Assembly (NCBI RefSeq): GCF_001447785.1
Contig: NW_015160215.1
Location: 1,045,616 to 1,109,615 of the forward strand
DNA: 64,000 nt
Reading direction: 5' to 3'
Source of the DNA: Gekko japonicus
Lineage: Eukaryota
The position numbers and the translations under genes are program-made. This document shows, in pieces, positions 1-11,925 of the stretch (position 1 is the first letter of the stretch; every line of letters begins with the position of its first letter). The notes beneath the pieces are model-generated. The model made no database searches. It was not told where the DNA came from and worked only from the letters and a program-made list of their open reading frames with translations.

Positions 1-669
1 ATGGCAGCAATGTGTGTGTGGCCTGACATGCTCTCTCTTTAAAAAGACCAGGAAGGAAGTGACGAAAACGGTCCAGTCTGTCTACTCTAGGCTGTGCAAG
101 AGAGGAGCTGGCAAGAGGACAGGGGGACCAGTACTCACAAACTCCCCCCCCCACTGGGTTGTCCAACTGGACTCCCATCCCCTGCTGCTTACTCCCACCA
201 CTCCACAGTGTGAGTCATGTTGTTACATGATTTTTATATACAATTTATACATCACATGCCAACATAATGCCATGTCTAAGCAAAAGTGAAACTAAGTTAT
301 CAAGACATCTGGCAACATTCCTAATGTTTAGATACCTGTAATCCCATTCTGTGCAGGCATATACCAATATGTCCATCAAACACTGGCATGTTTTGTTCCA
401 AGGACCAAGATATAGTTTAACCTGCCCTTGCTAGCATGACATTTCAAGCAGACTCAAAGTATCACATGTATGCTTTCCACTCTTCTAACACTGAGAGCTT
501 AGCCAAAGAGGTTCCAGTTCACAGCACCGCATCAGGAGAAGTAGAAATACTTAGAAACAATGTCAGAATATCTAATCCCCTTCTATGGAAGAGCAAGGAC
601 AGAATGGGATTTATCCTTCACTTAAAATACATTCTGGCTTGATGCCTCCTAAAACTGGTTGAAGAAAAT

Positions 670-1090
670 TGTCAGCTATGCTGCCATGAAGGTTGGGGAG
701 GTTGGTCTGTGTCTGGTTAATTGCTATTGCTTTCCTTTCCGGTTAATTGCTACTGCATTCCTTTCTGTGCTGTCTCTGCTGTATGCCGAAATGCTTATCT
801 ATACAGATGTGCAGGAGGGTGTTGTAGTGTCTGGGATTTCCCTAGGTCCCGTGGGAGAGTGTTCGTTCTCAGCTTCAACTACCTAACGATCTCTAAGCCT
901 TATTACATGCGTGGGAGGGTGCCTAATTGGCCAGTGCTGGGGGGGGGCATATGAATACCCTATATCCTATTATGCCCATGGGGCTGCCGCCATTCTTAAC
1001 AGTGCCTATGTTACTGCATCTATAGCTCTGCAATAAAAGTATTACCGTTCCTGAATGCGTGTACTTCGTTGTTGGCTGTGGGTTCTGACA
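670..1090 (+). repeat. 5' LTR
   Basis: TG..CA termini; direct repeat of 3449-3877; TATA-like at 961; AATAAA at about 1032. Confidence 0.95.
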
Positions 1091-1092
1091 TT

Positions 1093-1103
1093 CTGTTAAG
1101 AAT
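1093..1103 (+). promoter_or_regulatory. Self-priming primer-binding site
   Basis: CTGTTAAGAAT is the exact reverse complement of ATTCTTAACAG at 992-1002 in the LTR; no TGG tRNA-type PBS. Confidence 0.8.
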
Positions 1104-1729
1104 ACTCCATTCTCTATCTCCGCGCACCTCTCTACAACCGAGATGAGCGACGGAGAGGAGAAACCAATTCCTGAGAATGACGACTCCGGGGGGGGGTCCC
1201 GACTCCTACAACGACTGGTCAGGGGACCCCCACGACCCAGTCGACGGTGCCAGTGACTACCACGCCGCCGGTAACTGCAGCTGACGGAGCCGTTCCTAAG
1301 ACGACATCGACCCTGGTGTTTCTGACCCCGACGGGGCCGAGGCGGCTGCCCGGCCATGGATATCGGCCAAACTCCAGCTGGAGCCAGTTTCACCCAGACT
1401 CTACTGCCGAGACTTATATGCTCATGCAGGGGCCACCGAGAGACAGCCGATTCGACTGGGGGTTTTCTGGGGCCGGGGGGTTCCCCCCCTTTAGGGAACC
1501 ATTCGAGTCTTTACCAGGGGCATGGGTGACAGAGAGGACGAAGGTGAAAAGTGGCCAGGTGTCCCCGGAGGAGGGATTGGAACTAGCCCAGCGGATGGAA
1601 GTGGCAGATCAGGAGAGACGGCAAATGCAGAGGACGCTGGAGGACGTCATCCAGGCGATCCCGCAGCTGGTAATCCAAGCCACCAGAGAGGAGAGGGAGG
1701 CCCGACCGGCGGTCCCCGCAGGGCCGGTT

Positions 1730-3396
1730 GCCATTTCCTGGGTTCTGCAAACTCTTTGGCTGACGCCTTGTCCCGCGTACCCCAACACAACAGCCAAGAA
1801 GATGTAGTCTTGGACTCAGTGTTCACATCCTCACAGCTGGGCAGGGCAGTGACAACTCGCAGCCAAGCCCGCCTAACTTCTCCTCCCTCTGTGATGTTGC
1901 ACCCGCCTCCTGCCAGGGTGCGGAAGGAGGTAACAGACACTTCTCCTCACTCTGTGATGTTGCACCCGCCTCCTGCTGGGGCAGGGAAGGAGGAAACAGA
2001 CACTTGGCACAGTAAATTCGCCTCCGCCCATTTGGAGGGGGATAAAGAAGTTCTTGAAGTGGAGGGGGATTTTGAAATGCAGGGCAATGGCTGTTGGTAC
2101 CGGGGACATAAGCTGTTCATTCCCCTCTCACTCAGGGGGGAGGTGTTACAGGCAGTGCATGGCTCTAAGCTGGCCGGACACTCGGGATTCATTAAATCCC
2201 TTAAATTACTCCAAAGGCAGTTTTGGTGGCCAAAAATGCGCAAGGATTTATCCTCATTTCTTCAGTCATGCCAAAGCCCGGGACTGTTACACCCACTTCC
2301 TAATCCGATTCGACCCTGGGAAGTTATCTCTATGGATTTTATAACTGACTTGCCCCCGAGCAAATCGATGACTCTGATTTGGGTGGTAGTGGATTTCTTT
2401 TCTAAGCAAGCACATTTCATTCCGTTCGCTTCACTACCCATGGTGAAAACTCTGGCAAAAGTGTTTCTCCTGCACGTGGTGAGGTTACACATGCTCCCTA
2501 CCAAGGTGGTCTCCGACCGGGGGACCCAGTTCGTCTCCCGGTTTTGGGAGGAGCTAATGAAACTGATGGGAGTGGAACGAGGCCTTAGCAGCGCTTACCA
2601 TCCAGAAACCGATGGCCAGACTGAAAGAGTTAATCAAACTTTGGAACACTATCTGCGTTGTTTTGCCAACTATCAACAGGACAATTGGAATGACTTGTTG
2701 CCCCTAGCCAAATTCTGTTATAATAATACTTGTCATTCTTCCACGGGGATTTCCCCGTTTAAGGTGCTGTATGGTTATGACAGCCCACCTGTCCCATTCC
2801 TGGAAGGGGACATGGACATGGGGCCGGGGGACACTGCTTAATGGTGTAAACAATTGCGGGACTCTTGGCCTCTACTGTGTAAGACTTTGACAGCTGCCAA
2901 AGAAGCATATAAGGTGCATGCTGATAAGAGAAAGGTGGAAGGTTGGGCTCTACAGCCTGGTGACTCTGTGTATGTTTCCACTAAAAATATCAAGATGTTA
3001 CGGCCAAGTCGGAAGTTGGGTTGGAAATACATTGGGCCGTTTAAAGTGAAAAATATCATTAGTGATGTTGCTGTGGATTTGGACTTGCCAAAGAATTTGA
3101 TAAAATTGCATTCTGTATTTCATTTCAGCCTACTGAAGAAAGATTCGAGTTCCAGCTCCTGGCATCCATCGAAACCGGTGCCCCCTCCTATCATGACTGA
3201 GGGCAAGGAACATTATGAGATATCTAAAATTTTAGACTCTAAGCTCAGACGGGGAAAGTTGATGTATGCGGTTGAGTGGGTGGATTTCGGACCCCAGCAC
3301 CTTGAATGGGTGGAAGTAGGGGATATTCGGGCCCCTGAACTGTTATGACAGTTCCATCGCGACTTCCCGGACAAACCGGGAGACCTTCCGGAATGA
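1730..3396 (+). pseudogene. pol: pol remnant: RNase H C-terminus, integrase, chromodomain
   Basis: NSLADALSR; GHSG..FWWPKM; ISMDFITDLP; SDRGTQF; HPETDGQTERVNQ; YIGPFKV; YEISKILDSK..YAVEW chromodomain; stops at 2839-2841 and 3346-3348. Confidence 0.92.
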
Positions 3397-3448
3397 CTGG
3401 GAGGTCTCCCGGAATGGTCGGGAGAAGCTGATTTTAGAGAGGGCAGTA

Positions 3449-3877
3449 TGTCAGCTATGCTGCCATGAAGGTTGGGGAGGTTGGTCTGTGTCTGGTTAAT
3501 TGCTATTGCTTTCCTTTCAGGTTAATTGCTACTGCATTCCTTTCTGTGCTGTCTCTGCTGTGTGCCGAAACGCTTATCTATACAGATGTGCAGGAGGGTG
3601 TTGTAGTGTCTGGGATTTCCCTAGGTGCCGTGGGAGAGTGTTCGTTCTCAGCTTCAGCTACCTAACAGTCTCTAAGCCTTATCTCGCATGCAGGAGGGTG
3701 CCTAATTGGCCAGTGCTTTGTGTGGGGGAGGTGCATACGAATACCCTATATCCTATTATGCCCATGGGGCCGCCACCATTCTTAACAGTGCCTATGTTAC
3801 TGCATCTATAGCTCTGCAATAAAAGTATTAGCAATTCCTGAATGTGTGTACTTCGTTGTTGGCTGTGGGTTCTGACA
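3449..3877 (+). repeat. 3' LTR
   Basis: Direct repeat of 670-1090, preceded by the PPT. Confidence 0.95.
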
Positions 3878-4706
3878 AATATACATAAAAGAATCCTGCA
3901 AGACCCACACCTGGTTCTTATTATAATAACCTTTCCTTGAGTTCCTCCCTGTTTCACTTCTCTAGCAAACCCAGATGACTTCTACGATTGTACCCCAAAG
4001 ATGGTTTAATTATTTGCCAATGCCATTCACTCCATTCCAAGGTTTATGATATCAGATCTTAGAGACATCATGAAAAAAAAACCACGATGATAAATCTTTA
4101 TTTTTGGCATTTTCTTCATAAATCCCAAGCCACTTTATGAAAGAAAGATGAGATGAAAGTGGCAGGAACTGGTAGGAATGGATTAGTGGAAACTCTATGG
4201 ACATCTGGAGAGAAAAATCACTGAGCCTAGAGTACCAGAAAAGGAGGTGGGAGTGCAGAGATACACTGAGCACCCAGAGAGGCAATACAGGTAGGAAGAT
4301 CAAGTTACTTTCACTCCTGCTCCTGCTAGCAGTACATAGCAACTGGAGGGCTCAGTGGAGAATCACCATTCGGTCTTAGATGCTGATGCAAGCATACTCA
4401 GCAGTGTGCTCAACTGTCAGGAAGTATGGGAGATGTATTTCCTGGACTCATTGTATGGAAGCATCTCATACCAAATGAAATCCACTGCATGAATTGTTTC
4501 TGCTGCCACCATCAGACAAGTTTGGATCAGGGAGACTGAAAAGAAGCAGTAAGAGATAAAAGTCCCAAACAAACTGAAAGGGACTTATCCCAGCTCAAAA
4601 TGGTGTCAGTGGTCTTTAAATACAGAAATCATCAGTTCAACTGTTTCCAATTTCCTCCCCTTTTCAGTTACTATGTCATAGGCTTTTTCTACACACATGG
4701 TATTAC

Positions 4707-4914
4707 CATTTGTATTTAATGTACTGTCATTGTAGAGAATCGCTGGAATGTGTGGCATTCTGAACACAAAAACGCTGACCTTTTATGAAAGGCACTGAGA
4801 GATGATTAAATTTCTGCTGTTCAGGAAAATGCTTTGTAATCCATGTTTCCAGGTGGTTGTTTTATTGTAGCTACTATTCCATGAAGCTCTTGGAGGGACT
4901 GATGAAGATACTCC
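4707..4914 (-). pseudogene. GREB1-like exon (start of TAGT domain)
   Basis: TAG acceptor 4917-4915; GTAATA donor at 4706; SYNKTTTWKHGLQSIFLN...MPHIPAILYNDSTLNTN with one stop. Confidence 0.5.
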
Positions 4915-5349
4915 CTAACAGTGCAAACCTATGCAGAGTTACTTCACAGTTCAAGACAATAGAAATCAAGGTGCTTAGACTGGAATAATTACTCTCCATG
5001 GAGCTGCATGGTAAAGCCAGACCTTAGATGTCTAGTTAAATTCCCCACGTAGGCTGGGAAGGGCGGTCAAGAAAGTCAATGAAATAAATAAATAATAAAG
5101 AAATAAATTACCCGGGAACTTCTTCCTTTTTCTTCCTTCCTTTCTCTCCAGATGGAGAGGAAGAGAAAGGCAAATGCTGAGCTACCAGTCAGTTTATTAA
5201 TCAACAACTTCTTTGCTTTAGTTTGATGAAATTAGGAACTTGCTGCTGCTGGCTCCAAACTCTGGGAGAATAAAATATTGTCTGGAGTCATAGAAACTAA
5301 TAAATCCTCCCCTGACAATTAAACAGGTTGGCAGAAGGGATAAAATTAC

Positions 5350-5588
5350 CTTTCATAAAACTGCTGTGCAGATGGTGAAGCCACAGGAATTAAGAGTGGA
5401 TCAAAATTCTCTGAAAACATCAAATCATGGAAATCATGAGAGAAATTGATTAATATGCTTTGAAATTGTTCCTGCTTTAAGATACTCTGAGGGCTTGTTC
5501 GGCTGTTTGGTATATATTCACCAAACTGCCTGGTGGTTTCCAAGTTGTGTCGTATTTTAAGACGTATAGAAGATTTTAATACCTAAGC
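5350..5588 (-). pseudogene. GREB1-like exon, frame still open
   Basis: TTTTCAG or TAG acceptor; AG|GTAATT donor at 5349; VLKSSIRLKIRHNLETTRQFGEY...FSENFDPLLIPVAS. Confidence 0.55.
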
Positions 5589-5748
5589 CTGAAAATCAAC
5601 ACTACTCAGAGAATTCAGGATATCATCTTGTAATTTATTCTGCAGTGTTACTGTATCACTACCTCTTTGTTTACTTTGTCTGATTTCAGCTTTCTGGAAA
5701 AGTCTCAGATTGATCACACTGAGGTCCTGGTCTTATATATGCAAGTAC

Positions 5749-6057
5749 CTAGATCCAAATCTAAATGCTTTACAGGATCCAGCTTTTGTTTAAATACTCA
5801 GTTTGCTAATAGAACTTAATCTGAGTACATCAAAAAGGCAAGATCCCTTTGCTTTTAACAAACAAATAAAAGGAAATCAAATATAATTCCCAGCAGTGCA
5901 ATACTTCTCCTGGGATGTAGAGAGTAATTTTCAAAGCACCAGTGACACAGAGGAAAAAGATTTAAAGACACTGACAGACAACATTATTCTTGAAATCTGT
6001 CTCAGAGGGCTTCACTCAGCATGATAGTGCCCTTGTCATTTTTTTCTAGCAAAGTAC
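5749..6057 (-). pseudogene. GREB1-like exon with the LHPRR motif
   Basis: TTTTAG acceptor; AG|GTACTT donor; TIMLSEAL*DRF...NLFPLCHW..ENYSLHPRRSIALLG read in one frame. Confidence 0.6.
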
Positions 6058-6991
6058 CTAAAGGCAATGCTATTCTCTGGAAACTTTCAACTTTTATTTT
6101 TGAGGCAGACAAAAGTACAAGCTTAGAGCATGGTATGACTACATTCAGAAGCCTATAGAAGTCTATGGTCAGCTGAGTCCTGCTGGAGAACTTACCCAGA
6201 ACATTTGGTTGGATGCCCTAAACACATTGAGTGCCAAGCTAGATAGATCATTGGTTTTACTCAGTGTAACAAGAAGAGTATTCTTATACCACTTTGGTTC
6301 TTCTTTCTTGTGTTTTTCCCCTGCTCAGGTATTTTAAAGAACTATTCATTTCTGATTCAAAACCAAATTTAGGGTAAGTATATATTACATTTCTACTTCA
6401 CATCACTGGAGTTTTCATTGCCATTTGGCAAAATGAGCCCCTGCAAGGACGTTCAAGGTGGCTTTTCTTACCAGAATAAATTAGTCATCTGTTCCATCCT
6501 GCAAGTGGTGAATGAAATTTTACTACACCTTAGATGCAGATATATGGTAGAATGGGGGGACAGATACATATTCCAAATAATTATATGGACACTGTGATAA
6601 ATTACCACTAGTAAACCAGTAATAGTGGCTTGGAGCCAATTGTGACACTTTTGACATGTCACTTGTGGCTCTTCTGAGCACTGTTTCCCAATCTGGCACC
6701 TGTCCCATGTTTCTAAAAAGTGGGAAAAGCCCTTGGCTGGTGGGTCTTGTTCCCACCTTGAAACAGTCGCTGCCAGAGGAACAGATAAGCTGCAAACCTC
6801 TCTGAGATGCAGGCCTTATGCCAGTGATAGAAGTACATGTAACTCTTTTGGTTGATGGCAGTTGCAAATATGGCTGCCAGTGCTGCAAAGTTAGTAACAC
6901 TGTAGTAAATTGCCTTATGTATTCAGCCACAGTATGATTCTGCCATGTGATAGAGACAACTGTATCACACAAGATGAGTCCAGATGTTTGG

Positions 6992-9341
6992 ACTTCCGGT
7001 ATGGCGCATCGACAAGCGGGCAGGAGCTTCGATTGCTCCATCCCCGCTTGAACCTCTTTCGTCCCGTTCGAGCCTCCCACTTTGCCGGGAGAGCCCAACT
7101 AGCACCCCGGTGGTGGGAGCTGGAGTAGGGGGCATTTTTCTGGCCCTCCCCCACAATTGGCAGGGTGGGGGAGGTGTCCGGAATAGCCCTGAAGCCGAGA
7201 CGTCTGCAGGGGGAACATGGCCGCCATGTTCCGCTAGATGTGGCCAGCTGTTTTTTTTAAATCTTAATTATATGGATAAAGTGCAGCAGTAACATGAAGA
7301 ACTGAAGTAAAGTGAGTACGGGTACAAGTCTATTGTTGTTTTGAGAAAAACCCCAATGCATTTGCCCAGAACAGAGGAGAGAAGCGACCAAGGAAACTAA
7401 TTACGGGCTGAATATTGGACGGATGTTGACGGGGAGAGAAAACGTATGTGGGCAAGGACTAACATATATTTAGTAGAAAAGTGATTTGTTAGAAGTGAAT
7501 GGACTTTTTGGCGGAGTAAACGGAAAGAAGTATTCTAGTAAAATGGCGTCTTCAAAGAGTAACAAGGGGGAGGAGAAAGACGAAGATGCAGAAGGAGGAA
7601 GGTTTACAGGGGAGCAGTTCTGGGAAACATTAGAGAAAAGGATTTGTGAAGGAATACATAGAGGGATGGAACAAGCGTTGGACAATATACTAGGAAAGTT
7701 ATCGAACTTACATGTGAGCATTGAAAATGAAGAAGATTTGGAAAGTGACGGACAGAATAGGGAGAAAGAACCGGAGACATGTCAGGGAAGTGTGATACGA
7801 GAGACTCCACAGCCAGCGATGGCAAAGGTGCAAAAGAACAGTATGCAAAGCATTGGCCATGAGGACTTAACAAAACTAGATTACATAATGAAAAGGAGGA
7901 CAATGAGAAGGAAAAAAAGAGGAAAAAAAGACAAGCAGAATGGTAAAATGAGGGGTGAGAAGAGCTTCAACAAAACCTACAAGCAGGTGAAAACAATATG
8001 GTTGAGGAAGAAAGGAGAGAGTGAAGAAAAAGAGCTATGTTTGTACAAACAAGATAGACATTTGGAAATGGTAGCCAGAAAGAAAAGACTGTTAATCTCA
8101 AGGAAAAAGATTAAGATTTATGAACTAACAATTTTGTTATTATGGTTTTTCTTTTGTGTAAAAGGAGAATGGCATGTGACATGAATTTGTAAAGTATGGG
8201 ATTATGAATTTGTTTAAAGGGGAATGTGGAGCCACGAATATATAGTTCTTGGTAGGAAATACTTAAATGAAATAATTGGAAGGTTCTTACTCGGGATATA
8301 CCAGGAGAAACTTATAGGTTTGTTTTCTGTTTCTTAGGTATAAATTAAGCTGTAGGTGAGAATAAAGAATAAAGGATGAAATGTACTCTATACCTGCTTG
8401 TTTAAAAGGGGGAATGGGAGTATAAATTGTTAGCAAGAAATAGTTAAGGGAAGTTACTTGATGATTGCTTTTGTGGTAGTAGTAGTAGGAAGATATAATC
8501 CTGTTCTGTCTTGTTTTTGTATTTAAATACCTAAGAACACTAATAACATATGAATACAGTTGCTAGTAGGAAATAGTTAAATGATATAATTGGAAGGCTA
8601 TTATCTTGGGATATATCAGAAGAAACTTCTTGGTTTGTTTTGTGTTTTCTGTTTCTTATGTATAAGTTAAGTTGTAGGTGAAAGTAAATGACGAAAGGAT
8701 GAAATGTTTTTTATAGTTGTATGTTTAAAAGGGAAAATGAGATTATAAATTGTTAGTAAGAAATAGTTAAATGAGGTAACTTGGTGATGGTCTTTGTGGA
8801 AGCAACAGGAGGAGGATATAAGCCTGTTCTGTTTTGTTTTTGAAGAAAGAGAAGTTATGAAGGGGGGAAGTAGAACAGGGCTTAGAGGTAGTAAATAAGT
8901 AAATTTTGTATGAGTAATTAATTAATTAGGATGTCTGCTGGAAAATATTAAAACACAGGACTGTTTGGATAAGCAAATAAGGCGTATAATGTTGGAAAAA
9001 AATGTTTAGGCCAGATAAAGTTAAGAAAGGGAAATCTGAAGGTGTAATTAAAATAAAAAATAGATGTATTTGGTAGAGTAGACTAACATTTTGGTGTAAA
9101 TGGGAAGGCTTGATGTAAAGGCTTGCCTAATTAGAGAACCTAGATATTATTGTTGATTTATGAATTAATATCAAGATATATGGATTGATTGGAAAAAATG
9201 AATTTATGTGTAGTACCTAAATTGTGTTCGAGAAAACTCAGTTATGTTACTGCTTAGATGATACATTCATGATGTATTTGTGGTGAATAGGTGGTGGGTA
9301 TGTACATGTTTAAAAAACCCAATAAAAATACCTTTAAAAAA
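6992..9341 (+). mobile_element. Non-autonomous L1 derivative (HAL1-like, ORF1 only)
   Basis: 21-bp TSD AAGATGAGTCCAGATGTTTGG (6971-6991 and 9342-9362); GACTTCCGGT-type CpG-rich 5' end; AATAAA at 9321 plus A tail; no RT. Confidence 0.8.
7486..8184 (+). CDS. ORF1-like acidic/basic protein of the HAL1-like element (ATG probably 7543)
   Basis: 232-aa ORF with a helical acidic N-half and K/R-rich C-half, directly after the 5' UTR. Confidence 0.45.
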   Translation: MLEVNGLFGGVNGKKYSSKMASSKSNKGEEKDEDAEGGRFTGEQFWETLEKRICEGIHRGMEQALDNILGKLSNLHVSIENEEDLESDGQNREKEPETCQGSVIRETPQPAMAKVQKNSMQSIGHEDLTKLDYIMKRRTMRRKKRGKKDKQNGKMRGEKSFNKTYKQVKTIWLRKKGESEEKELCLYKQDRHLEMVARKKRLLISRKKIKIYELTILLLWFFFCVKGEWHVT

Positions 9342-9412
9342 AAGATGAGTCCAGATGTTTGGTAACATACTGATTTGTATTTAGCCTGTCCTTTTGTTTA
9401 GGGTACAATACT

Positions 9413-9721
9413 TGTTGGAAGTGTTAGGGAAAGTTTCCTTCCTTCTGGCTTCTTCCTCGTTCTCCACACAATGCCTCTATTCTCTATCTTGGCAACATGA
9501 GAGCAGGGTGTCTTTCCTGCATCTCTTTCCATCTAGCTAGTTAGACTAGAGACCCTATCTCTCCTCTATTTTATCTAGAATGAAGTTCCTTAAATAAAAG
9601 GACTCATATTAGTTTGCAACTATAAAGAGACTCCATGTATAACTTTGTTTTTTTCTCACACACACACTGTGCCAGATGGCTCTTCTGTGCTTGTGAGCCT
9701 TTGAACGTTCTGCTACCAATA
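9413..9721 (+). mobile_element. Probable solo LTR (Copia-like)
   Basis: TGTTGG...CCAATA termini; internal AATAAA; about 310 bp; TSD only partial. Confidence 0.5.
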
Positions 9722-9804
9722 TAATCCATCAGTACTAACTACTAGAGTATATAAACAAAATGGGAATGTATTTGGCATTTCTCTCTACTGTACCTGTTTT
9801 CTTT

Positions 9805-10276
9805 GGCTGTGGTCACATGGAGCATTTGCCACGCTGATGATATGGATGGTAGGAGGACTTTCCGGGCGTGATCACACCACAACATCTGGGAAGCGTAGAG
9901 CTCCCGTGGCTAACCCGAGGCTTCCTGCCGAAGATGCGGAGTAAAAAACTAGTACCTCCGAGGTACTAGTTTCCAGAAACCGTGGGCCAAGGGCAGGCAT
10001 CTGATCACGTTTCCGGTAGACTTACGTGGCATCCGGCGCCCGTCTCTGCAGGTTGCGCTACAGCGCCCAACAGCGCATGCACACAAAGAGCGATTGCTAG
10101 TGCGATGGCACGATGTGGCTTCTGTGCCGCGCTGCAGGATACCCATCTGGTCGGCATCTCCCCCCTAACCATGGGACCTCGACCGGGACGTGTGCTTGGG
10201 CGGCCGCGCATTAGTTTCCTCCAGGGCAATTAGCCACGCCTCCCCCCTGCGATATCTGGCCCATGTGACCGGGGCC
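9805..10276. mobile_element. PIF/Harbinger-type MITE
   Basis: TIRs GGCTGTGGTCACATGG / CCATGTGACCGGGGCC; 3-bp TSD TTT. Confidence 0.75.
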
Positions 10277-10720
10277 TTTGAATATCTATAAAGCCTTGAC
10301 CATTCCTGGGCCACATAGGTGTAGGCAAGAGGAAAAACAGATGTTTAAGTAAGAAAGGTCTGGATAAAATAAGATTATCCAATGTCCAATTGATGGAACT
10401 AGCAGAAGATAAATATGACAATTATACAGTATAATCAGAATTAATTTTAGCAACAGTTTTCCTGGCATAATTTAGAAGGGATACATGGTGTTTGTTCCTA
10501 TTTCTCCCTGCTGTATCACATTTAAAAAAACCTCATGGAGATCTACTTTTTAGCCCATTTATTTTAATCCTATTTCTTGTTTCAGTTTCTTAAAGCAAAC
10601 TCAAATACACAGGTTCATTCCATTTCTTCTTTGTGATTCTGCAATTGACTGAATGCTGAACCTGGACATGGAAAACCCAGAACCCTGAATTCCGTTCATT
10701 GGTAGCTGGCAAAAACTCAC

Positions 10721-11925
10721 TTTCTCTCAGCCTAAACTGTCTAATTAGTTATGAATGTTGGATTGTATCCATTGACTTCCTTCATCCAGAAGAGGAGGTA
10801 TGATAAAAGACTTCCTCAGTCTAAGGAAGGTTTCATCTGTCAGAGTAATGTCATCTTATTAGCTGGGGGGAATAGAATCTAACCAACTGGTTGCAGGAAC
10901 AACAACTACAATTGAAATTACCTCTGGTTTTTAACAAGGCATTATTCACTTATAAAACTATATAGATGATCCAGAGCAACACTTATATTAGTGCAATCAA
11001 ACAAGAAAAACTCANNNNNNNNNNNNNNNNNNNNNNNNNNNNNNNNNNNNNNTTAGATGAAACCCGTAACTGAAGGCTCCTGAAAGCAATATACATGCTG
11101 ATTTACAAAGCTGCTGTAAAGCTGCCATAATCACACTCCTGAAAAATCCACTAAGACCACAGCTATGAACATTAAAATGCCTCTTGGTCCCTTGGAGAAA
11201 GAGCCAGCAGGTACAATGGTTATAAATAATGTCTGTGAAACATTGTGTCTGCTCTGAAGGATTTGAATTGTCCGGTGTGGCAAATATTTCTCATATTAGC
11301 ATCAAAGTAAGAGTACCTTGCCTCCTACTGTGTTTAACTAGGACTAGAATGTTTTCAAGCATTTTGGTGCTGCTTTACTGAGAGATTCACAGGATGCCTG
11401 AACAGTCTGTAGTTGTTTCTTTTCAGAACAATATTGCAAAGGGATTGCAAGGTGTTTTTTTAAAAACAAAACAAAACCCTGATTTTGTGGAAAACAATTG
11501 GCCATCTCTTCTGCAGATTTTATTCTGTGATATGGTATTTTCAGAAGACTGTTAACATTGTTAACATCTGAAGCCATCAGCATTGACTCACATTGTTGCA
11601 GTGATGCATTTGGCCCAGAAGGTGGAGTTTGAGTGGTAGCTCCACAACCTTTAGTAAGATACAGGAGAATCTCATTAACTTGTGAAATGATGCTTTTGAA
11701 CCACTCTCTTGTAAGAATGTGCATTCAGTGTTTCCTAGCCAAATTAATGCCTTTTTGGCATAATTCAGGCATTAGTTAAACTGAATCAGATTCTCTGATC
11801 TGATTCAGTTTACCAATAAACTCAACACTAGTAAGTTGGCACTGGATTCTGTTGCTGGGCACCAGTAGGTTGGCATTGGGTCCTGCTGCTGGGCACTAGT
11901 ACATTGCACTGGTTCTGCTGTCCTA
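10721..11925 (-). pseudogene. Large GREB1-like exon
   Basis: 126-aa ORF 11344-11724 (HILTREWFKSIISQV..RIKSAEEMANCF) continues through stops to FLFDCTNISVALDHLYSF..PEVISIVVVVP; GTGAGT donor at 10720. Confidence 0.55.

Larger units (their letters stand above)
670..3877 (+). mobile_element. Ty3/Gypsy chromovirus (Tf1/sushi group) LTR retrotransposon, internally deleted and non-autonomous
   Basis: Two similar LTRs (TGTCA...TGACA); imperfect 5-bp TSD AAAAT/AATAT; purine-rich PPT about 3436-3448; RNase H tail, integrase and chromodomain present; no protease or RT. Confidence 0.95.
336..4168 (-). pseudogene. GREB1-like exon (TAGT region), split by the LTR element at 670-3877
   Basis: CAG acceptor at 4171-4169; SFIKWLGIYEENAKNKDLSSWFFFHDVSKI, TIFGVQS*KSSG, then past the LTR SLAKLSVLEEWKAYM*YFESA*NVMLARAG*..ICLHRMGLQ; donor CAG|GTATCT at 335. 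Confidence 0.55.
6472..10510 (-). pseudogene. GREB1-like exon(s) of the helicase-like region, interrupted by three TEs; 5' boundary approximate
   Basis: NHTVAEYIRQF; LLVVIY..LSPHSTIYLHLRCSKISFTTCRMEQMTNLF; GTAAG donor at 6471. Confidence 0.5.

Noticed and set aside
659-954. Hydrophobic ORFs repeated at 3465-3811
   Set aside because: Incidental frames within the LTRs
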